Source: an archaeon
GTDB lineage: Archaea; Iainarchaeota; Iainarchaeia; Iainarchaeales; CSSED10-239
Reading direction: 5' to 3'
DNA length: 5,329 nt
Assembly: GCA_035387745.1 (NCBI GenBank)
Contig: DAOOON010000025.1
Location: forward strand, 1 to 5,329
Part shown: one piece after another, positions 1 to 4,903 of the stretch
Position numbering within the stretch: the first letter of the stretch is position 1
Layout of the letters: each line of letters begins with the position of its first letter
Position numbers and translations under genes: made by a program
The notes under the pieces: model-generated
Databases searched by the model: none
What the model was told of the DNA's origin: nothing
Seen by the model: the letters and a program-made list of their open reading frames with translations, nothing else

Positions 1-1394
1 TCTTTGTGCTTTGGGTCTTTAGCATACTTGTGAATATCTATCTTTTTCTTGTATGCCTCACAAGCTTGGACTAGAGCCCTTGCTCCTGCTTCTGTGCCAT
101 CAGGATGAGCGTGAACTCCTGCGCCCATGGTTGTTATAAAATCAACTCCTCCCATAATTTCTATAAATGGTTTTAATAGAGTTGGATTTAAACCACCAGA
201 AATTATTGGAGCACATTTCTTTAGACCTCTCCAGGAGTCGTCTTCTAATATTCTTTTCTTGTTTTTGTCTTTCTTATTTAATTTTATAATATCTATATCC
301 TTCTGTGGTATTGTTGACCAAGACTGCTCAAAGAAATGTCCTTTTGCTGTAAAATTTAAAATATTATGTGCAGCAACAACATCTTCTTCTGGCGTTCCTG
401 CCATCTTTCCAACACCTGCAGTTCCTGTATGTATTCCGCTTGCCCCTGCAAGTCTTGCAAACTTAGAAAGCACTAATACTGAAAAACCAAAGACATTTTC
501 TGGTCTAGTATATGCACCATGTGATGCCCTATGGAAGTGAATAAACACATCAGGGTATTTTCTTCTTAGAGTCTGAACTGCCATCCAACCTGCAGTTATT
601 CCATCTATTAAGAATGCATAAGAACCTTTTTCAAAGCCTGCGCTTCTTATTAGCTCACATCTTTTTATCATGGTGTCAAAGTCAGAAGCAGAGACATTAA
701 AAGAATGGACCTTCTTATGGCCTGTTTTTTTAACTGCTTTATCCATTGCTTCTTTAACGTGTTTTACCATCTTGTCGTAAGGGCAGAAATCCTGGTCAGC
801 CTGTGGCTCATCATTCTTAACAAAGTCTCCTCCGCCTACCCAGAAGTCATAACACACTTCTGCATATTCTGCTGAGGTTAAGCCAATCTTTGGTTTAATA
901 ATTGTTCCAAGAATTGGTCTGTCATAAACTCCCAGATATTTTCTCATGTCATCAATTGTGTAGCTTGGGCCATCATATTGTTCAAGCATACTTGGTGGAA
1001 ACCACATGTCTAATAGCTTTAAAGCAGAAACTTCTTTCATGCCTAGAACATTACCCACAACATAAGTTAGAATATTTTGAACGTTTCCTCTTCTATCAAA
1101 TAGTCTCCAAGGATATGCAATCCATACTAGTTCGTTTTTAATATCCATCTTATAGACTAAAGCATTCATCTGTCTAGAAAATGGAGTTTCTGTTGTTACT
1201 GGAAAATTAGTTCCAGAAGAAGATTCTGCAGCAATCTCTGCTGCTGCTTGAAGAGTGTTTAGATTTTTTCCTGGTTTAAAATGGAAAACAGTTAGCATAT
1301 ACTCTCCATTATGTAATTGGCTATCTGTCATTTTAAGATTGACATAAGTCTTTTGTTTTTCATTTAAAGTTTTATATAAATCTCTTGAATTCAT
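1..1394 (-). CDS. rbcL: Ribulose-1,5-bisphosphate carboxylase/oxygenase large subunit, form II/III-like; partial, with the C-terminus running off the left window edge (464 codons visible)
   Basis: Absent from the ORF track because there is no stop codon in the window. My reverse-complement translation from the ATG at 1394 stays open to position 3: [64 protein letters not shown]...[13 protein letters not shown]... Catalytic motifs are all present. These are [10 protein letters not shown] (aa163-172), [11 protein letters not shown] (aa188-198; K193 at 816..818 is the carbamylated Lys position, D195/E196 the Mg ligands), HFHRASHGA (aa286-294), [17 protein letters not shown] (loop-6 Lys K330), [10 protein letters not shown] and [12 protein letters not shown]. 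It is collinear with Rhodospirillum rubrum form II CbbM as I recall it (RYVNL, [61 protein letters not shown]). An AGGGAGGGAG Shine-Dalgarno sequence at 1401..1410 lies 6-9 nt upstream of the ATG at 1394. An in-frame ATG at 1400 abuts the SD and is less likely to be the start. Confidence 0.93.
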   Translation of the reverse strand, partial: [464 protein letters not shown]

Positions 1395-1470
1395 AAACAT
1401 CTCCCTCCCTAAATATAATAATAAAATAGATTATAAACTAGTTTAAAAAGATTGTGGTTTTAAAATATTT
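1395..1470. promoter_or_regulatory. Divergent intergenic/promoter region between RuBisCO (-) and the tandem-Nudix gene (+)
   Basis: 76-bp spacer that is almost pure A/T apart from the SD. Plus strand: TATAAT at 1414..1419, and TTTAAAAA at 1442..1449 centred about 25 nt upstream of the Nudix ATG. That spacing fits an archaeal TATA box driving a leaderless mRNA, and there is no SD before 1471. Minus strand: TTTATAAT (reverse complement of 1430..1437), which contains a perfect bacterial -10 TATAAT at 1435..1430 with a poor -35 (ACCACA). Transcription must start here for both genes, but the exact elements are unresolved. Confidence 0.4.
1401..1410 (-). promoter_or_regulatory. Shine-Dalgarno site of the RuBisCO gene
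   Basis: The minus strand reads AGGGAGGGAG ATG TTT ATG. The GGAGG core at 1404..1408 is 9 nt, and GGGAG at 1401..1405 is 6 nt, from the ATG at 1394. Confidence 0.7.
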
Positions 1471-2367
1471 ATGAGAACGAAGATTCTTTCTTTTATATAT
1501 TCAAGAAAAAATAATAACTGGCTTCTTCTAAAGAATAATGGTGCAGACCCAATACATGGCGGAGAGAAATGGTTTACTGTTACTGGGTCTGTTGAATCTG
1601 AAGACAAGTCTTTGGAAGACGCCGTAGCCAGAGAATTACTTGAAGAAATAAATCAAGCACCAATAAAGATAATTAATCTAAACACTAAAAGTGAATACTA
1701 CAGCGAATATGATAAAGAAGACTGTTTAGAATATAATTTCATTTCTGTGGTTAACTCTGATAAAGTAACACTAGACACTATAGAAAACACAGATTATCTT
1801 TGGGTAGATCTTGAGGAGTACATTGAAAAGATTTGGTGGTTAGAGGATAAAAACAAATTAAAAGAACAATTAGAAAATGAAATAAAAAACCTAAATATTA
1901 CTGCTGAAAACATAGACAATACTTATCTCCCTTATGGTTCTTATGTTGAAGTATATATTCTAAATGAAAATAAAGAATTCATTGTTGTCTTTTCTGCTTT
2001 AAAAGGAAATTTCTGTAAAGTACTTGGTGGAGGAGTTGAAAAAGGAGAAAGCTTTGAAGAAGCCGCAATAAGAGAAGCAAAGGAAGAATTAAATGCGGAT
2101 ATTAAAATTATTGGTGTATCGAAACATCCTTCTGATTTTGAAATATCAAAAAAAAGTTTATTCAATAATTATTTTAAATCTCGTGGCGGAAGAGGAAAAA
2201 TAATTATTGCTAAACTAGATCCTCCTTATCAGCGTCTTAAGATACAAGCAGACGAGATATCTGGATATAAATGGATAAATAAAGATCAAATATATAATAA
2301 CCTTGAAATACTTGATCAATGGATATCTGCAGAAAAGATTTTTAAGGAATTTGCGGATTATTTTTGA
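1471..2367 (+). CDS. Tandem (two-domain) Nudix hydrolase, substrate unknown
   Basis: 298-aa ORF. The C-terminal domain has a near-canonical Nudix box GX5EX7REUXEEXGU: G187-GVEKG-E193-SFEEAAI-R201E202-A-K-E205E206-L-N-A (2029..2097), with only the last Gly replaced by Asn. The N-terminal domain has a NudB-like segment, WFTVTGSVESEDKSLEDAVARELLEEINQ (box about 1585..1656; compare E. coli NudB WQSVTGSVEEGETAPQAAMREVKEE). It keeps RELLEE but has a one-residue insertion and Asp/Lys at the first conserved Glu position. Both halves end with the typical aromatic-W-hydrophobic strand (YLWVDLEEY and YKWINKDQI). Confidence 0.82.
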   Translation: MRTKILSFIYSRKNNNWLLLKNNGADPIHGGEKWFTVTGSVESEDKSLEDAVARELLEEINQAPIKIINLNTKSEYYSEYDKEDCLEYNFISVVNSDKVTLDTIENTDYLWVDLEEYIEKIWWLEDKNKLKEQLENEIKNLNITAENIDNTYLPYGSYVEVYILNENKEFIVVFSALKGNFCKVLGGGVEKGESFEEAAIREAKEELNADIKIIGVSKHPSDFEISKKSLFNNYFKSRGGRGKIIIAKLDPPYQRLKIQADEISGYKWINKDQIYNNLEILDQWISAEKIFKEFADYF

Positions 2368-2374
2368 TTTTAAA

Positions 2375-3097
2375 TCATTTAATTAAAATTGGATTAAATA
2401 GTCTTATCTTTTTTGTCTTTGGATCATAAAATGCATTATCTACATCTATGTCTGTGATTCTGGTTTCTGGGCTTAAGCCGTATCTTTCTGAATTTTGCTT
2501 TAAATAGTCGTTTACTTTGTCTTCTAATATTCTTAGTCTTCTACTAATATCTGTATATTCTTTAATCTTTATCTGGCCTTTCTGTAAAAGGGTCTTTGGA
2601 TGGTGCCCATATTGGTAATTATAGCATATAACACTGGTGTTCTTCTCTTTATCCTGAAATGCAAACTTAAGAGTTACTGTTGCTATATTTGCTGAAGCGT
2701 GTTGTTTTAAATAATCAGAAACTACGTTTAATGCCTTGGCTTCAGTTATTGAATCTTCCCAAGTATAAGAAGGAATAATGCTTTCTTTTTCTAATCCTGG
2801 CACTAATTTTTCTTCTTTTATGAAATATTTCTTTATTTTTCCGTTTTTATCTTTAATATCTAGAACATAATTTCTTTGAATATGCTCTCCATCAGACTTA
2901 AAGCTCATTTGCTTAGAGATTGCAAATCTACCTTGTGGATCTTTAATATTTGTTAAAGTTTGTTTTTTAGAAAGCTCAGACAGCGCTGTAATTATGTCTG
3001 CTTGACTTAAAATTTTATTTCCGCCTCTTGAACGAACCACAGATTTAGTTCCTTTTTTTATAATTCTAAAAGGTTTCATTCTTGCTGCAGCTGCCAT
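2375..3097 (-). CDS. Hypothetical protein, 240 aa, basic, mixed alpha/beta; no family recognised
   Basis: Long uninterrupted ORF in an AT-rich (stop-rich) background. Its start is 6 nt after the stop of the upstream 134-aa ORF (TGA TAA ATA ATG), and its codon and amino-acid usage (K/I/N/E rich) resemble the neighbours. There is no SD. The alternative start is Met7 (ATG at 3079), so the MAAAAR leader is uncertain. I can assert no catalytic motif. Confidence 0.6.
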   Translation of the reverse strand: MAAAARMKPFRIIKKGTKSVVRSRGGNKILSQADIITALSELSKKQTLTNIKDPQGRFAISKQMSFKSDGEHIQRNYVLDIKDKNGKIKKYFIKEEKLVPGLEKESIIPSYTWEDSITEAKALNVVSDYLKQHASANIATVTLKFAFQDKEKNTSVICYNYQYGHHPKTLLQKGQIKIKEYTDISRRLRILEDKVNDYLKQNSERYGLSPETRITDIDVDNAFYDPKTKKIRLFNPILIK

Positions 3098-3103
3098 TAT
3101 TTA

Positions 3104-3508
3104 TCACTTTTGTGTTTTAATGTGCACTTCTTTAATTAATTTAAATAATTCTTTATAATCTTTTTCCATAATTCTTAAACCAGCTTTTTCTGCAGAATCT
3201 AAATACTTATAAACTATTGGATCTCTATAAGAATTCACTATATCTGCAATTTCTATAGCCTGAAATAATTTTTCATTTAATCTATTAGAACTATTTTTGG
3301 ATTTAGAATTTAATTGATAATTTATTTCTGTAATTAATTCTTTTATATTGCTATGAAGTCTATAAATAGTAGTTACTGGTTTTCTAGCTTTTGAATTTGC
3401 TCTTTCTATATTTTCTAATTTTAATGCTATTTCTTTTGGCAATCTTTCCTGTTTAATTTTTTGTGGAGATTTAATATTCGTTCTCCTTGCAGTTCTTAAT
3501 TTTAGCAT
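3104..3508 (-). CDS. Hypothetical protein, 134 aa, basic N-terminus, predicted all-helical; no family recognised
   Basis: ORF preceded by a good SD (AAGGAG at 3515..3520, 6 nt before the ATG at 3508). It ends in tandem stops TGA TAA. The sequence MLKLRTARRTNIKSPQKIKQERLPKE... has a Lys/Arg-rich N-terminal tail followed by helix-like heptad-rich sequence. Confidence 0.62.
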   Translation of the reverse strand: MLKLRTARRTNIKSPQKIKQERLPKEIALKLENIERANSKARKPVTTIYRLHSNIKELITEINYQLNSKSKNSSNRLNEKLFQAIEIADIVNSYRDPIVYKYLDSAEKAGLRIMEKDYKELFKLIKEVHIKTQK

Positions 3509-3514
3509 AGTTTA

Positions 3515-3520
3515 CTCCTT
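3515..3520 (-). promoter_or_regulatory. Shine-Dalgarno site of the 134-aa ORF
   Basis: The minus strand reads TTAAGGAGTAAACT ATG. The 64-bp gap (3509..3572) upstream also holds TATA-like elements (TTATAAAT at 3549..3556 and TATATA near 3535..3540 on the minus strand), so the cassette may have its own promoter. Confidence 0.55.
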
Positions 3521-3572
3521 AAAAGTAAAATATGTATATAACTATATGATTTATAAGCCATTATGTTTTTTG

Positions 3573-4130
3573 TTATCCTTTCAATTGACTAACTAAATAT
3601 TCTTTAAACTTAAGAATTGCAAGACGCCTCATGCTTATTTTGTTTTTTTCTTCTATAGGCATCTCTGCATAAGTCTTATCGTAACCATCTGGCATAAATA
3701 TCAAATCCCAAGCAAACCTATCGTCTCCTCTTGGAGAAACAATCTTTCCTGTTACCTTTCCTTCAAAGAAATAAGTGTCTTTTCCATCATAAAAACCAAT
3801 AGAAACTATTGCTGTTGCCTTGTTATTTGGTTTTAACATCTCACTTATCTTTTGTGGGCCTGCTGTTGTGTATAGCCACTTGATTAAAGGGCCAGGAAAA
3901 CCATTAAAATAATCAAAGCAAAGAGAAGTGTCTTCAACAAATATGTTTTTTAAGGACTTGTCAAGTTTAGCAACTTCTATCTTTTCAAAAATTACTTTTT
4001 TAGAATCAAGTTCTTGTATTTCTGGAAGATCAAGTTTTAAGTTTTCAATCTCAATTTCTGGAATATCAGAGAAAAGACTTTTGATTTCCTCAAGTTTGTT
4101 TTTATTTCCTGTAATAAAATATATTTTCAT
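3573..4130 (-). CDS. Non-canonical purine NTP pyrophosphatase (ITP/dITP/XTP pyrophosphatase), HAM1/ITPA family
   Basis: 185 aa. It has the family motifs FITGNKNKLEE (TGNxxKxxE), VEDTSLCFDYFNGFPGPLIKW, GKIVSPRGDDRFAWDLIF and TYAEMPIEEKNKISMRRLA. It is strongly collinear with human ITPA as I recall it ([65 protein letters not shown]) and has the same length class as M. jannaschii Mj0226. An SD-like AGGGGG (4138..4143) overlaps the stop of the upstream permease, 7 nt from the ATG. Confidence 0.9.
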   Translation of the reverse strand: MKIYFITGNKNKLEEIKSLFSDIPEIEIENLKLDLPEIQELDSKKVIFEKIEVAKLDKSLKNIFVEDTSLCFDYFNGFPGPLIKWLYTTAGPQKISEMLKPNNKATAIVSIGFYDGKDTYFFEGKVTGKIVSPRGDDRFAWDLIFMPDGYDKTYAEMPIEEKNKISMRRLAILKFKEYLVSQLKG

Positions 4131-4141
4131 TTTTTTGCCCC

Positions 4142-4888
4142 CTATACTTGCATCTTTGAGAAAAGCTTAGAACCTATGACAAGCATTATTATTGCTAAAA
4201 CTCCAAGAAGTATTAGATTAAAGAACATATTACCAGTTGCTGTTCCTGCTAGTGCCGACCTAAGCCCAGAAACCCCGTAACTTAAAGGATTAATAGTTGA
4301 TAAAACCTTGATTGCTTTAGGAACGCCTTCTAAAGGAAAGAGCGCGCCAGATAAAAAGAAGATTGGCATGATTAAGAAATTCATGATTAGCTGAAAGCCC
4401 TGCATATCATTAAGAAGACTAGCAATTGCTGTTCCAAGAGCTGCAAAGAAAAGGGCAATTAATATCATAAACAAAATTGCGATTGGCAATAGTGTCCAAG
4501 AAATAATGCGAAATCCAAAAAGCATTGATAAAAATAGAAATAAAAGACCTTGAGCAAAAGCAACTGTCGCTCCGCCAAGTGTTCTTCCAATCATTATCTC
4601 TAAACGTGGAACTGGTGCTACAAGTGTTTCTTTTAAGAAACCAAATTGCCTATCCCAGATTATCTCTATTCCTGACATCACTGACGCAAACAATATTGAC
4701 ATTGAAATCATTCCTGGAACAAGAAACTGTAAATAATTTCCTTGCCCTGCTTGAGCAAATACTGGACCAAATCCAAAACCAAATGCTAAAAGAAACAATA
4801 AAGGCATAGCAAGAGAACCAATCATTCTTGATTTTGATCTATATTGCCTTTTAATCTGTCTTAACCATAATATTCCAATTGTGTTCAT
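4142..4888 (-). CDS. ABC-2 family transporter permease (exporter-type, about 6 TM segments)
   Basis: 248 aa and very hydrophobic, with about six spaced hydrophobic stretches. It has an N-terminal cytoplasmic basic segment (LRQIKRQYRSKSRM), the typical ABC-2 layout, and lies directly downstream (15 nt) of an ABC ATPase. SD AAGGAAG (4896..4902) is 7 nt before the ATG. Confidence 0.8.
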   Translation of the reverse strand: MNTIGILWLRQIKRQYRSKSRMIGSLAMPLLFLLAFGFGFGPVFAQAGQGNYLQFLVPGMISMSILFASVMSGIEIIWDRQFGFLKETLVAPVPRLEIMIGRTLGGATVAFAQGLLFLFLSMLFGFRIISWTLLPIAILFMILIALFFAALGTAIASLLNDMQGFQLIMNFLIMPIFFLSGALFPLEGVPKAIKVLSTINPLSYGVSGLRSALAGTATGNMFFNLILLGVLAIIMLVIGSKLFSKMQV

Positions 4889-4903
4889 GTCTTTTCTTCC
4901 TTT

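Noticed and set aside
127-540. 137-aa plus-strand ORF from the track (also 902..1141 +, 79 aa)
   Set aside because: Both lie entirely antisense to the motif-rich RuBisCO reading frame. Their sequences are low-complexity and hydrophobic (FLFLSFLFNFIISISF), as expected from the reverse strand of a Lys/Glu-rich AT-rich gene. They have no SD.
2148-2155. A8 homopolymer inside the Nudix gene, plus T7 runs at 3643..3649 and 4130..4136, as possible slippage or phase-variation sites
   Set aside because: Runs of this length are expected at this base composition. The reading frames are intact across them, and nothing indicates a frameshifted alternative product.
1941-2165. 74-aa minus-strand ORF inside the Nudix gene
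   Set aside because: It is antisense to the canonical Nudix box region, has no SD and no recognisable motif. It is a shadow ORF.
2378-2458. The C-terminus of the 240-aa protein (ITDIDVDNAFYDPKTKKIRLFNPIL) resembles the strand-NAF-loop-strand segment that precedes the HExxH helix in M48/HtpX-like metallopeptidases
   Set aside because: The protein ends right there. No HExxH follows, even if the TGA is read through, and none occurs elsewhere in the protein. A short motif resemblance is not enough to call a peptidase or a truncated pseudogene.
2852-2893. Possible PD-(D/E)xK nuclease signature in the 240-aa protein (D69 ... D80-I-K82 within SDGEHIQRNYVLDIK)
   Set aside because: D/E/K-rich proteins from AT-rich genomes produce such patterns by chance. 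I cannot verify the required alpha-beta-beta-beta-alpha-beta context without structure prediction. I keep it only as an idea to test under the orphan-cassette finding.
2993-3034. RSRGGNKILSQADII in the 240-aa protein looked slightly like the minimal nucleotidyltransferase motif GSxxRG...SDxD, which would have suggested a HEPN/MNT-like pair
   Set aside because: The second Asp and the leading Gly-Ser are missing. The partner 134-aa protein also has no Rx4-6H HEPN motif.
3084-3094. GC-rich overlapping palindromes GCTGCAGC and GCAGCTGC at the annotated start of the 240-aa ORF
   Set aside because: The palindromes are only 8 bp with no loop, so no stable hairpin forms. The run of GCN Ala codons (MAAAAR) explains them. 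They matter only as a flag that the true start may be Met7 at 3079.
3509-3572. Possible small RNA, terminator or repeat in the 64-bp gap after the ITPase gene
   Set aside because: Only AT-only self-complementary TATATA tracts are present, with no G+C-rich stem followed by a T-tract. The gap is too short and too AT-rich for a tRNA or a structured RNA. It is better explained as the promoter and RBS region of the 134-aa ORF.
3928-4170. 80-aa plus-strand ORF overlapping the ITPase start (also 4525..4809 +, 94 aa inside the permease)
   Set aside because: Both are antisense shadows of well-supported genes, with Ser/Leu/Phe-rich composition typical of reverse-frame translation.
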